Counted from the stretch's first letter, positions 1-9,293 are shown. The stretch is DNA of 64,000 bases from an uncultured Pseudomonadales bacterium (GCA_964603945.1 CAZRWP010000003.1:6830-70829); one strand, 5' to 3'. The notes: generated by a model not told the origin, from the sequence alone. Program-made: numbers and translations.

Positions 1-253
1 CCATGGCCATACCCACGCCAGATCGGCAAAGCAGAATTCCCATAACGGTTGGGTCTTGGGTTGGGCTTTCTGCCTGATCAGAAATTGGCTGACTGACCCG
101 CTTAGCGAACTCAGGATAATCATCTTCTGGATTCAATTCGGTCGCCCCACAATCCGTAATTGAAAAGTTTTCCTGACGCAACCAATCAGCTAAATTTTGT
201 TTAAGTTCAAACCCGCCATGGTCACTGCCTATATAAATGTGTGTAATCTTCAT
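1..253 (-). CDS. rpiB: ribose-5-phosphate isomerase B (RpiB/LacAB family), C-terminally truncated by window edge
   Basis: Reverse-strand translation from ATG at 253..251 gives MKITHIYIGSDHGGFELKQNLADWLR...ILLCRSGVGMA, matching the RpiB N-terminal IGSDHxGxELK and CxxGxGM signatures; ATGA overlap with the upstream gene stop. Not in the ORF track because it runs off the window. Confidence 0.7.
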   Translation of the reverse strand, partial: MKITHIYIGSDHGGFELKQNLADWLRQENFSITDCGATELNPEDDYPEFAKRVSQPISDQAESPTQDPTVMGILLCRSGVGMAM

Positions 254-663
254 TTATTCCCTTCTGTAGAATTTGAGTTAATCTGAGATTGAACTGCACC
301 AAGTTGTTCAGCTCGATTTGGGTTAATAAGACCAGCTTGACTCATGCCTGGCTGGCCAAGTTTATTTTCTCCAAACTGGCCGACCGGTGAAAATATTCCC
401 TCCCATTCTCTAGTCTGAAATCCCAAGGCCTTCGCCTCTTCTGATCTGGCTGAGGCAGAACCAGCAAGCGTCAGAACCGGCAACTTGAGAATTGCCCGGG
501 GATCTTCCTGCCAAGCTCTCATTAACTGCCAGAGTTGATCGACGCGGTTTTTGTTGGCTGGATGATCAAGATTAACCTCAGTAAATTCAATAGACCGCTT
601 GGTTAAAAAGTGACTGGCCATTACACCGCGCGGACAAGTATCAGAAGTGTACAAGGTATACAT
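250..663 (-). CDS. ArsC/Spx-family thioredoxin-fold protein (possible)
   Basis: N-terminus MYTLYTSDTCPRG...IEFTEVNLDHP resembles the Spx/ArsC-family start (LYTSxxC...); 137 aa; the second Cys of the CxxC motif is absent (CPRG). Confidence 0.4.
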   Translation of the reverse strand: MYTLYTSDTCPRGVMASHFLTKRSIEFTEVNLDHPANKNRVDQLWQLMRAWQEDPRAILKLPVLTLAGSASARSEEAKALGFQTREWEGIFSPVGQFGENKLGQPGMSQAGLINPNRAEQLGAVQSQINSNSTEGNK

Positions 664-723
664 TTAGTTTATTCTAGGGTTCTAACTTGATTGAGTCTAG
701 TTGTGGGTAATAGTTGATAGAGC

Positions 724-1071
724 TTAAAACCCGAGCTCAGCGCGCGCTGACTCACTCATTGACTCAAGGCTCCAAGGCGGGTCAAAGGTTAATTCAAGTG
801 AAATGTCGGTGTTGGGGTCAAATGCTTGGGCGGGATCATCATTGGCCAAATCAGCTAAGGCAGATCTAATCATATACTGAAAGGATCCGGCCAGCGGGCA
901 TCCAGGCGTGGTTAGGGTATAACGGATTTGCACCATTACGTGGCCATTTTGCGTTTGATCAGGCGTCAAAACTTTAACGTCATAAATTAGGCCCATAGCC
1001 ACCAAACTAAGATTTGTTTCCGGATCCATAACCTGGTTTAGCCGCTCGTAAATTTGTTCGGTGGTAATCAT
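724..1071 (-). CDS. DUF59/MIP18-like Fe-S cluster assembly protein (SufT-like)
   Basis: 115 aa; the MITTEQIYERLNQVMDPE...GCPLAG pattern is typical of DUF59 metal-sulfur cluster biosynthesis proteins. Confidence 0.5.
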   Translation of the reverse strand: MITTEQIYERLNQVMDPETNLSLVAMGLIYDVKVLTPDQTQNGHVMVQIRYTLTTPGCPLAGSFQYMIRSALADLANDDPAQAFDPNTDISLELTFDPPWSLESMSESARAELGF

Positions 1072-1093
1072 ATGTTGATAAATCTCAGTGCGA

Positions 1094-2911
1094 TTAGGCG
1101 ACTTTTATTTTTTCCATTTCGGCTAGCGTGGTGATTTGCTCAACTGACTTGTCATCGCGAAACTTTACCAGACGAGGAAACCGTAAGGCCAAACCGGCGG
1201 TGTGCGTAGGAGATTGGGTAATTTCATCGGCGGCTACTTCTACCACAATTCCGGGCGGTAGCATAACGTCTGGCGTTAATAGATCGGGGATTTCTACTGA
1301 TAAATTGGCTGTATTGGCGGAGACACTTCCGCGCTCAGCCAGCACATCATCAGCACGCTGTTTCATCTCTCGCCATTGATCGTCGGTCAAGCCGGTGCCA
1401 ATCTTGGCAATAGTTACCAGGTGATCTGATTTTTCATTCTGAATGGCGATTAAAAATGCCCCTAAACCAAAAGCCGTCCGCTTGCCGCGACCATAATAAT
1501 AACCAACCACCACGGCATCAATGGTGTCGGAAAGTTTAGCGGTTGTTCCTTCAGCTTCCTTAAATTTAACCCAATTGAAAGCTTTGCGACCGGCCTCATA
1601 ATTGCCCTGCAGTTTTTTAACCACTACCCCTTCATAACCATTTAACAACTGCTCTGTATGAAACTCACGGAGTTCAACCGGATCACTAGTTTTGATATAA
1701 GGCGACAACACCAAATCAGCCGAGCGAACTGAACTCAAAATACTTTTTAGCTTGGCTTTTCGTTCTTCCAGCGGGAAACGGAGAAGTGATTTTCCATCCA
1801 GATACAATAGATCAAACACAAAAAAGCGCAAAGGAATTTCCGCCATTACAGCCTCAATATCATGCTTGCGCTTGCGTTTAATTGTCTGCTGAAAAACCAC
1901 CAAGCCGTTGGTGGCCGGATCGTAACCGACAGCTTCGCAGTCCAAAATTACACTTTGCGCATTTATATCCTCCAGCAAGCGCTTGAGCTCCGGAAACATT
2001 AAGGTGTTTTCTTCCAAATTACGGGTAAAGGTGTGCAGTTCTTGCTTGTCAGCGTCCCAATGAATTTGCACGCGCGTACCATCGTACTTAGGTTCTACAA
2101 AAACCTCACCCATCTTGGCGATCATTTCCTGAGAGGTTTTTAACCTATCCGCCAACGCAGGAATTACTGGCACACCCAAAGTTACGTCGAGTTGGGCGGC
2201 GGCTTCCAGGCCGCCGCCTACCACCTTTTCCGCAATAGCGCCGATATCTGGATGCCGCTGGTAAGTTTGATCCAGCACCGCCCGATGCGATTTGTCGCCA
2301 GATAGATACCAAGACAGTGCGTCTAACCAGGTTTTGTCAGAAAATCCGAGCCGCAAATTGCCTAAAACAATGCGCGAAACAAACCGCGACGACAGCGGAT
2401 CTATTTGTTTGAACAATTGCGCCAATTGGTACACTTTTTCTTCCTGACTCCCCTCGCCTGAAGTTTGTGTCAGCTCAATCAAAAAGTTAAAAACTTCTAA
2501 AACATCTAGATTCGATTTTTCAGAATTATCCGCATAACTTTGGTTAGTAAATTGCTCTTTTACCTCCTGAGCCAAACTTCCAATGTCTCCCAACTGTTTA
2601 TAACGCTTACTTAGTCGCTTGAGTTCGGTGGGATCGGCGCCAGCATCACCAAATAATGATTGCCCTTCACTGGGATGTAATTGAGCCAGCGCTCTTAACA
2701 TAAAAGCAATTCCGACATTAGTCTGCGGATTAGCATAGACCGGACCCAGCTGACCCAAGCTTAGATATAGGTAAGGTTTTACTTCTGATGGCTCCGCCAA
2801 ATCAGGCTGAAGTTGTTTTAAAAATTCCGCCAGCAGAGCTGTTTGTTCCAACTTACTACTTGTAGCCTCTAGCGGCTTTAATAGTTTTTGAGAGAATTCT
2901 GAAAAAGTCAT
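1094..2911 (-). CDS. ATP-dependent DNA ligase
   Basis: 605 aa; adenylation motif I EPKYDGTRVQIH (KxDGxR) and overall ligase I-type layout. Confidence 0.85.
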   Translation of the reverse strand: MTFSEFSQKLLKPLEATSSKLEQTALLAEFLKQLQPDLAEPSEVKPYLYLSLGQLGPVYANPQTNVGIAFMLRALAQLHPSEGQSLFGDAGADPTELKRLSKRYKQLGDIGSLAQEVKEQFTNQSYADNSEKSNLDVLEVFNFLIELTQTSGEGSQEEKVYQLAQLFKQIDPLSSRFVSRIVLGNLRLGFSDKTWLDALSWYLSGDKSHRAVLDQTYQRHPDIGAIAEKVVGGGLEAAAQLDVTLGVPVIPALADRLKTSQEMIAKMGEVFVEPKYDGTRVQIHWDADKQELHTFTRNLEENTLMFPELKRLLEDINAQSVILDCEAVGYDPATNGLVVFQQTIKRKRKHDIEAVMAEIPLRFFVFDLLYLDGKSLLRFPLEERKAKLKSILSSVRSADLVLSPYIKTSDPVELREFHTEQLLNGYEGVVVKKLQGNYEAGRKAFNWVKFKEAEGTTAKLSDTIDAVVVGYYYGRGKRTAFGLGAFLIAIQNEKSDHLVTIAKIGTGLTDDQWREMKQRADDVLAERGSVSANTANLSVEIPDLLTPDVMLPPGIVVEVAADEITQSPTHTAGLALRFPRLVKFRDDKSVEQITTLAEMEKIKVA

Positions 2912-2943
2912 ACCGTTAGTATACCTGGAAGGTTGATGAAAGT

Positions 2944-3028
2944 AGGATCATCCTTGCGTTTAGTTTCCTTGAGAAGGATCATCCTAGGATGATCCTTCCA
3001 GGCAAGCGGAGGGGCAAGGATGATCCTT
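2944..3028. repeat. Family A palindromic intergenic repeat element, copy 1
   Basis: Element layout is AAGGATCATCCTTGC – 16-nt spacer – AAGGATCATCCTAGGATGATCCTTC – 16-nt spacer – GCAAGGATGATCCTT (copy 1 begins AGGAT). The three conserved modules are identical in the 4 copies (2944, 8729, 38571, 60466). Confidence 0.9.
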
Positions 3029-3043
3029 CCAGGTTTAAAAAAA

Positions 3044-4165
3044 TTAAACTGCCACATCGGTCAATGAATAAGACACACCCTTGGTCACACCATGTTTGCG
3101 AATTAGGCCCTTATCCATCAGGTCTTTAAGGTCACGTAAAATGGTGTCGGTTGAAACCATCGGCAAAATCTCATTTAAATCAGATGAGGTGACACGACCT
3201 TGCTCTTGCAAGTACTCCATGATAATCAGCTGACGCTCGGTTAAAGCTACCTGCTGGCCAAGCTTCTTTTGCATGCGGAAATCCTGTGACAGTTTTAAAA
3301 CGGACTGCTTAATTCGGTCAAGCTCAATCGCCAAACCATAGGAAAAGTATTCCAACCAGTATGTCATGTCATTATTAGGACTTTCCTGAACTGACTTGAT
3401 CGCTAGGTAATAGTTTTCAATGTCGTTGTCAAAGTATTGCTCCAGAGAGAAAAACCGCTTAACGTCATAGCCTTCGGCATATAACAAGGCCAATGCCATA
3501 GCGCGGGACATGCGGCCATTTCCCTCAATAAACGGATGGATATTCACTAATTCATAATGCATAACCCCAGCTCGAATAATCTTATGCAAACTTAAAGAAC
3601 TAGAATTATTGATCCAGCCCAAAAATTCACTTATTTGCTGAGGAACCTCTTCCGGAGCCGGCGGTCGGTAGGCCACTTGACCACTTTCCACACTGCGAAC
3701 AACTACTCTTTGGGTGCGGTAAACGCCACATTGTTCAGGCGGGACAATTCGGTGCACCGAGATTGAGTGCAAGGTTTTCAGCATGTCTTCGGTGTAGACT
3801 GGCTGACCCTTGAGATTCTTACCCCAGTCATTAATCCAATCCAAAACCGCTCGGTAATTCAGCACTTCCTGAATGTCGCGCTCCTTACCAACTACACCAG
3901 CCTTGCTGGCTACTTCATCTGGGCTTGTCCCCTCAACTGAGAGGACTCTTTCTGCTTGTTCTTCGCTTAATTCATTACCTTCCAGGCGAGTGCCATGATA
4001 AACCGTTCTAACCTTGGCTTCTTGCTGAAATTTCATTTCCCAAGCTGGCACAATTGGCGAGTGACGAATTACTTCGCGAGAGGCCTCGATACTGGAAATG
4101 TATTGAAGAAGATTGTGTGATATCTGAAATTTTGGTTGATACATGGGTATATTTTCCTCCTGCAA
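3044..4165 (-). CDS. Fic family protein (AMPylation/phosphocholination domain) with C-terminal winged-helix region
   Basis: Fic motif HPFIEGNGRMSRA (HPFx[DE]GNGR); 373 aa. Confidence 0.85.
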   Translation of the reverse strand: MQEENIPMYQPKFQISHNLLQYISSIEASREVIRHSPIVPAWEMKFQQEAKVRTVYHGTRLEGNELSEEQAERVLSVEGTSPDEVASKAGVVGKERDIQEVLNYRAVLDWINDWGKNLKGQPVYTEDMLKTLHSISVHRIVPPEQCGVYRTQRVVVRSVESGQVAYRPPAPEEVPQQISEFLGWINNSSSLSLHKIIRAGVMHYELVNIHPFIEGNGRMSRAMALALLYAEGYDVKRFFSLEQYFDNDIENYYLAIKSVQESPNNDMTYWLEYFSYGLAIELDRIKQSVLKLSQDFRMQKKLGQQVALTERQLIIMEYLQEQGRVTSSDLNEILPMVSTDTILRDLKDLMDKGLIRKHGVTKGVSYSLTDVAV

Positions 4166-4315
4166 GAGAATATTTTAAGTCCTGATGTGAAGGTGGTCGG
4201 CGATCACATTAGGTCTTCGGGTTAAGTATCACCTTTTATTGCAGAAATTGCAAGGAAGAGTTGATTCATGCCGGAATAAATCAAGAATAGATTTGGCAAT
4301 TTGATAAAAATTGGA

Positions 4316-5329
4316 TTAAGTTTTATTCACTGACGACATTAAATTAGCCCAACTTAGGGGCAGCTGATTAACTAAATCCGAGGTGTTGTACATCGCTCTA
4401 CTCTGGGTATATAGCTGATGACCAGCTAATTTACAAAGATAACTACCCACAACCGCCGAAGCAAATGGCTCTGATTTGGCGGCCAAGCCTGCCACCAAGC
4501 CAGCTAGAACATCGCCAGTACCACCCTTGGCCATGCCGGCATTTCCGCCGACCACCGCCACAATCTGCTGATTATTCCAGATCAAATCAGCCTGTCCTTT
4601 AATTATTAGATTGGCGTTGTTTAGTTTGACCGAGACCGCCAACATCAAATCCGCTAAATCTGATGGGAGAAATTTATTTAAATCTTTCCGCTCAACCAGC
4701 ACTGGCTCCAGCGACTGCTCTTTGCCAAATGCCCACACTCCCAATTCTGACTGCACTTCTTTAAGCTGATCAGCAAAATTTGCCAAGGAAGGCGAAAGTC
4801 TTTTAGTTAAATCGGCTAATTCCCGCTGATGAGGTGTCAAAACACTATTAGGTGGTAACCAGCTAGGCCGAACAACTTGCAAGGCGCCGGCATCAATTAC
4901 CCAATGCTTATCAGGAAAATGCTTAAGCACTACCGCTGTAACAGCCTGAGTATCAAACTCCCAGTCCAGCTCATTAAGATCTTCCCAGCGCAAACTGCTC
5001 ATCTTTTCCAGCTTGAATCTGGAACGAAAATCGCGGCGCATACCTGGACCCAACAAAACGCTGTCAGCTTCCTGCAAATAATTAGACAAATCCAATCGCC
5101 TAACCACCACTCCATCCTGAATCCCGATTTTTGCCTCCTGAATGATTTCATTATTTTCCGCCACTGAACTGTAAAACGTCATGTCAACAATGCGCGAGAT
5201 AACTTGAAAGCTCCACTGACTGGCGGCGTGGAACAGATCGCTCCCGCCAATTATTAGAGTGCGACCATTGACTCCCTTATGAGAATCGGCTGGCGGTTCG
5301 TAAATCTGTGCAAGATAAGTTTGAATCAC
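4316..5329 (-). CDS. YjeF C-terminal domain protein, ADP-dependent NAD(P)H-hydrate dehydratase-like
   Basis: N-terminal KGVNGRTLIIGGS and later GGNAGMAKGGTGDVLAGLVAGL match YjeF-C/carbohydrate kinase fold motifs. Confidence 0.6.
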   Translation of the reverse strand: MIQTYLAQIYEPPADSHKGVNGRTLIIGGSDLFHAASQWSFQVISRIVDMTFYSSVAENNEIIQEAKIGIQDGVVVRRLDLSNYLQEADSVLLGPGMRRDFRSRFKLEKMSSLRWEDLNELDWEFDTQAVTAVVLKHFPDKHWVIDAGALQVVRPSWLPPNSVLTPHQRELADLTKRLSPSLANFADQLKEVQSELGVWAFGKEQSLEPVLVERKDLNKFLPSDLADLMLAVSVKLNNANLIIKGQADLIWNNQQIVAVVGGNAGMAKGGTGDVLAGLVAGLAAKSEPFASAVVGSYLCKLAGHQLYTQSRAMYNTSDLVNQLPLSWANLMSSVNKT

Positions 5330-5389
5330 CTAACTAGTATAAGTACAAAACCGAAGAAGTTCTACGTAGGGCTGAGTTTGGGGGGATGA

Positions 5390-5580
5390 GTTTTTTGTGG
5401 AGGGGTAAATTTGGATCGGTTGATTTTGAGGGGACTGAGTTTGTGGGTTGATTTGGGCGAGTTGATTTTGAGGGGACTGAGTTTGTGGGTTGGCTGAATT
5501 TGAAGTCTGAATTTGGCTTGGCTGATTTAGGATTGGCTGATTTAGGGTTGACTAATTTAGGATTGGCTGATTAGGCTGTT
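5390..5580. repeat. G/T-rich tandem repeat tract (two ~42-bp units, then ~5 units of ~15 bp TTGGCTGATTTAGGA), with multiple G-runs
   Basis: GTTGATTTTGAGGGGACTGAGTTTGTGGGTTG occurs twice (5419 and 5461), followed by GGCTGATTTAGGATTGGCTGATTTAGGGTTGACTAATTTAGGATTGGCTGATT; lies between the recF stop and the YjeF-C gene start. Confidence 0.85.
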
Positions 5581-6641
5581 TTGGCTTGGTTGAGGATTTC
5601 TACATCTAGACTCACTTGTTCAGGCACTTCTTGCCCGGGGACAGTCGTAACAATTGCCTGAATTCCCTTGGTAGCTTTCAAAAGGTAGCGACAATTTTCA
5701 TCATCCAATTCTGAAAAAACATCATCTAGAAGCAAAATCGGATCTTCACCAAGTTTTTCCCGCAAATACTCCACTTCTCTTAATTTAAACCAAAGCAAGC
5801 TGAGGCGTTGTTCACCCCTTGAACCAAATGTAGTAATGTCGCGCCAATCGTCGTTGCGCTCAATCATAATTCGCCAGTCATCTTTATGCGGACCTACTAA
5901 TGTGTGTCCAGCCGCCACTTCCTGATTGGCATACTGACGCAGACGGGCTTCAGAAATTATGGAGTGATCATACTCAAGCTGATATTTTTCACGAATCCCC
6001 GGATCAAGCTGGAGCCAGTTGAGATAAGTTTGGCGCTGATCATGAAGGTAGGTGCCGTTTTGGATTAGCAATCTATCCCAGTAAAAAAAGTCCTGACGAG
6101 TGGCTTCATGGTCGCGTAGTTGAAGGATTAGCTTGTTGCGGCGGCGCAGAGCTTGCTCATACTGCGTGAGCGCACGACGGTATTTGGGATCCGTTTGAGT
6201 GAGAATATCGTCCAGGAGCTCGCGGCGTGCCGCTGGCCCCACCTGAAAAATCAACATATCCTCTGGCGTGAACAGCACAGTCGCCATCTCGCCGACAATG
6301 TCGGCGCGCCGCTTCCCTACCCCGTTAATTTTGTAGGTGCGTCGGGCAGTTTTCTTGCCTTGCAGTTGGCCGTGAGTCAGGACTTGCTCCAGCTCCACCT
6401 TCTCACCGCTCTCATGAAGAGAGGTCGATTTGAGGCGCGCCAGGTCAGCTTGCCATTCAATCAGCTCCTCGGTTTTGCCCGTGCGCCAACTTTTACCGGT
6501 AGACAATAAGCGAATCGCTTCGATTAAATTAGATTTACCAGAACCATTGGGCGCAACAAAAACATTGAGGCCCGGCTTGAACTGCCAGACCTGTTCCTCA
6601 ATTGATCGAAAATGCTGAAGCCACAGCCCTTTAATAAGCAT
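5571..6641 (-). CDS. recF: DNA replication and repair protein RecF
   Basis: Walker A PNGSGKSNLIEAI and N-terminal MLIKGLWLQHFRS. Start chosen at the internal Met (6641); the ORF track start at 6680 lies inside the inverted repeat of the adjacent element. Confidence 0.85.
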   Translation of the reverse strand: MLIKGLWLQHFRSIEEQVWQFKPGLNVFVAPNGSGKSNLIEAIRLLSTGKSWRTGKTEELIEWQADLARLKSTSLHESGEKVELEQVLTHGQLQGKKTARRTYKINGVGKRRADIVGEMATVLFTPEDMLIFQVGPAARRELLDDILTQTDPKYRRALTQYEQALRRRNKLILQLRDHEATRQDFFYWDRLLIQNGTYLHDQRQTYLNWLQLDPGIREKYQLEYDHSIISEARLRQYANQEVAAGHTLVGPHKDDWRIMIERNDDWRDITTFGSRGEQRLSLLWFKLREVEYLREKLGEDPILLLDDVFSELDDENCRYLLKATKGIQAIVTTVPGQEVPEQVSLDVEILNQAKTA

Positions 6642-6665
6642 CTGGGCATAAGATATCACACCTGG

Positions 6666-6851
6666 CATTGTTCGCCTCAATCTGGATATAACAGCTATGC
6701 CCAGATCACACCCTTGTCTTTTATTAGTTTTTAGACCCTAAACTTGCCCTAATTTAACCAAAAAAACTAACAAAAAATCTTGAAATATTAGAATTTTGAC
6801 AAGGGTTCAATCTGGAGATAATCACTATATCCAGATTGAGGCGAACTTGTT
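6666..6851. mobile_element. Family C MITE-like element, ~185 bp with ~48-bp imperfect terminal inverted repeats
   Basis: Left arm TTCGCCTCAATCTGGATATAACAGCTATGCCCAGATCACACCCTTGTC and right arm GACAAGGGTTCAATCTGGAGATAATCACTATATCCAGATTGAGGCGAA (ends perfect for 20 bp) flank an AT-rich ~80-bp core. Confidence 0.7.
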
Positions 6852-8635
6852 TAACGCTTAAGCACGGCCATGAAAGCCGATTGCGGAATCTGCACCTGTC
6901 CGATTTCTTTCATGCGCTGCTTGCCGGCCTTCTGCTTTTTGAGCAGTTTTTCGCGTCGGGTTTTGTCGCCACCATATAGCTTGGCGGTCACATCTTTACG
7001 GTAGGACTTAACGGTTTCCCGGGCGATAATCTTGCCACCGATGGCGGCTTGGATCGGGATCTCAAATTGCTGGCGGGGAATTGTTTCTTTGAGTCGCTTC
7101 GTGATGGCGCGTGCAATCCTATCAGCTTGTTCGCGGACCACGATTTGCGACAAAGCCTCTACTTCTTCGCCATGAACCATAATGTTTAATTTAACGGCGC
7201 TTACGGACTCGTAGCCGGTAATGACATATTCCAAAGAGGCAAAACCGGAGGAAACCGACTTCAGTTGATCATGGAAATTCACAATTAGCTCCATTAAGGG
7301 AATTTTGAATACGGCTTTTACGCGGGTGCCGACATCAGCAACTTCCTGCAAGCGGCCGCGATGATCTTCAACTAACTGCATAACCGTGCCCAAATACTGG
7401 CGAGGCGTAAAGATCGTGGCCTTAGTGATTGGCTCACGCAGTTCTAGAACCTGACTGGGATCCGGATATTCACTGGCATGATGAATTGTTTCAATTTCAT
7501 GATTGGTCAACTCTACTTCGTAAGGCACCGATGGCGCGGTTGCCACTAGATCTAAATCGAATTCTCGCTCCAGGCGCTCTTGAACAATTTCTGCATGCAA
7601 AACTCCTAAAAAGCCGACCCTCATGCCATTTCCCAGGGCAGTTGAGTGAGTACCGGTGAATTGTAAGGCCGCGTCATGCAGGCGCAGTTTGTTAATCGCT
7701 TCTTGAAGCAATATAAATTCATCACCGTTGGTTGGATACAAATCCAAATAGACCATTGGTTGAGGAATCTTGTAGCCCGGCAGTGGTTTTACCTTATCCG
7801 CGTTGGAAGCCTGGGTGATGGTGTCGCCAACCTGCACCATGGCGACATCCTTGAGTCCGGTAGCAATATAGCCAACTTCCCCAGCCTTGAGCGACTCAAC
7901 CGAACGGCGGTCTGGGCCAAAAAAACCAATTTCGGTGGGGGAAAATTTGTGATGATTGGCCAAGAGGGAGAGAGGCGCGCGCCGCAGTTCGCCTTCGATG
8001 ACCCGCACGTAAGCTATCACGCCCTGATGGACATCATAAAGCGAGGTGAAAACCAGGGCGCGCGCCGCCTGGTCCACCGGCTCTGGCGCCTCAGGAATTT
8101 TATCGACTATCACTTCAAGTAGGCGGTCAACATTGAGGCCTGACTTAGCTGACACCTCAACCATATCGCTTTCATCAAAGCCAAATGTCTCCATTAGTTC
8201 TAGCGTCACACTTTCCACGTCGGCGGCCGGCAGATCAATCTTGTTAACAACCGGAATAACTTTTAGGTTTAGCGCCTTAGCTTTTTCATAATTAGCCAGC
8301 GTTTGGGCTTGAATACCTTGAGTCGCATCAACCACCAACAAGACTCCCTCGGCGGCGGCCAGCGAACGCGACACTTCGTAACTAAAGTCAACATGTCCTG
8401 GTGTATCAATTAAATTTAACTGATATCGCTTATTTGTCCGAGGATCCTGCCAATTCATGCGAACCGGCGCCATCTTAATAGTGATGCCGCGCTCCTGTTC
8501 AATCGGATTTGAATCCATTAGGCGCTCGGAAAATTCACGTACGCCAATCGTGCTGGTCGCCTGCAACAGGCGATCCGTCAGCGTCGTTTTGCCATGATCA
8601 ATATGAGCGATAATCGAAAAGTTACGGATTGACAT
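6851..8635 (-). CDS. lepA: Elongation factor 4 (LepA)
   Basis: MSIRNFSIIAHIDHGKTTLTDRLL G-domain and 594-aa LepA layout. Confidence 0.95.
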   Translation of the reverse strand: MSIRNFSIIAHIDHGKTTLTDRLLQATSTIGVREFSERLMDSNPIEQERGITIKMAPVRMNWQDPRTNKRYQLNLIDTPGHVDFSYEVSRSLAAAEGVLLVVDATQGIQAQTLANYEKAKALNLKVIPVVNKIDLPAADVESVTLELMETFGFDESDMVEVSAKSGLNVDRLLEVIVDKIPEAPEPVDQAARALVFTSLYDVHQGVIAYVRVIEGELRRAPLSLLANHHKFSPTEIGFFGPDRRSVESLKAGEVGYIATGLKDVAMVQVGDTITQASNADKVKPLPGYKIPQPMVYLDLYPTNGDEFILLQEAINKLRLHDAALQFTGTHSTALGNGMRVGFLGVLHAEIVQERLEREFDLDLVATAPSVPYEVELTNHEIETIHHASEYPDPSQVLELREPITKATIFTPRQYLGTVMQLVEDHRGRLQEVADVGTRVKAVFKIPLMELIVNFHDQLKSVSSGFASLEYVITGYESVSAVKLNIMVHGEEVEALSQIVVREQADRIARAITKRLKETIPRQQFEIPIQAAIGGKIIARETVKSYRKDVTAKLYGGDKTRREKLLKKQKAGKQRMKEIGQVQIPQSAFMAVLKR

Positions 8636-8728
8636 GATTTGCTTGATATTCTTTTAGTTTTTCCCGATATTTATATTAATACTTCCAGAATCACCGATTA
8701 TACCTTGAGTAATGATTATGAGATAACA

Positions 8729-8814
8729 AAGGATCATCCTTGCGCTTGGTTTCCTCAAGAAGGATCATCCTAGGATGATCCTTCCAGGCAAAAGGAGGGG
8801 CAAGGATGATCCTT
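8729..8814. repeat. Family A palindromic intergenic repeat element, copy 2
   Basis: Same three conserved modules as copy 1; lies between the divergent lepA and pilin-like genes. Confidence 0.9.
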
Positions 8815-8837
8815 GTCCATTATTATGACGCGAATGA

Positions 8838-9293
8838 ATGATACAATTTCCGCAGACTATGACTTTGTCAAAATTCATCCGCCGATCAACTTTAACCGCA
8901 ACTGCCTTAACTTCATTGCTAACTGCCTCGCCTGCTTGGGCGCAAGGCGCTTGGGAACAGGGTCGCTGTGTTACTACGGTTCAAATGGGCGAGAGTGCAA
9001 ATGCTGTAACAAAAGAAGTCGCCACCTTTAGAGGAATTGAGTGCTTGCTCGCCAATGTTTTAAATGTGGCCGTCACTTTTGTTGGTCTAGCCGCTTTTGT
9101 CATGATTATTTATGGTGCCTTTTTATATTTAACCAGCGGCGGCAGTAGCAAGGGCACTGAGGCCGGCAAGCAAGCCCTGACTTACGCCATCATTGGTATT
9201 GTCGTGGCTTTAATGGCCTTCTGGATACTCAATCTTATTGCTACTTTCACCGGTGTCAGCGGCATTTTAAACTTTAGTTTGTCTCTAGATTGA
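8838..9293 (+). CDS. VirB2/TrbC-like type IV secretion pilin-like small membrane protein (inferred)
   Basis: Sec-type signal peptide ending AWA|QG, then two hydrophobic helices separated by the short loop TSGGSSKGTEAGKQ; this topology and size are typical of T4SS pilins. No family-specific motif verified. Confidence 0.35.
   Translation: MIQFPQTMTLSKFIRRSTLTATALTSLLTASPAWAQGAWEQGRCVTTVQMGESANAVTKEVATFRGIECLLANVLNVAVTFVGLAAFVMIIYGAFLYLTSGGSSKGTEAGKQALTYAIIGIVVALMAFWILNLIATFTGVSGILNFSLSLD

Noticed and set aside
1128-1379. Antisense and nested ORFs within confidently called genes (e.g. 1128–1379, 4877–5167, 6153–6618, 7429–8291, 10094–11188, 12622–13626, 14669–14896, 16457–16894, 21195–21563, 22053–22340, 23139–23420, 37475–38106, 39588–39830, 40857–41088, 43261–43491, 45279–46262, 47233–48000, 52682–53036, 56035–56446, 58221–58672, 59572–60474, 61005–61359, 63370–63561)
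   Set aside because: All are embedded in or antisense to longer ORFs with clear homology-type motifs and have no independent support.
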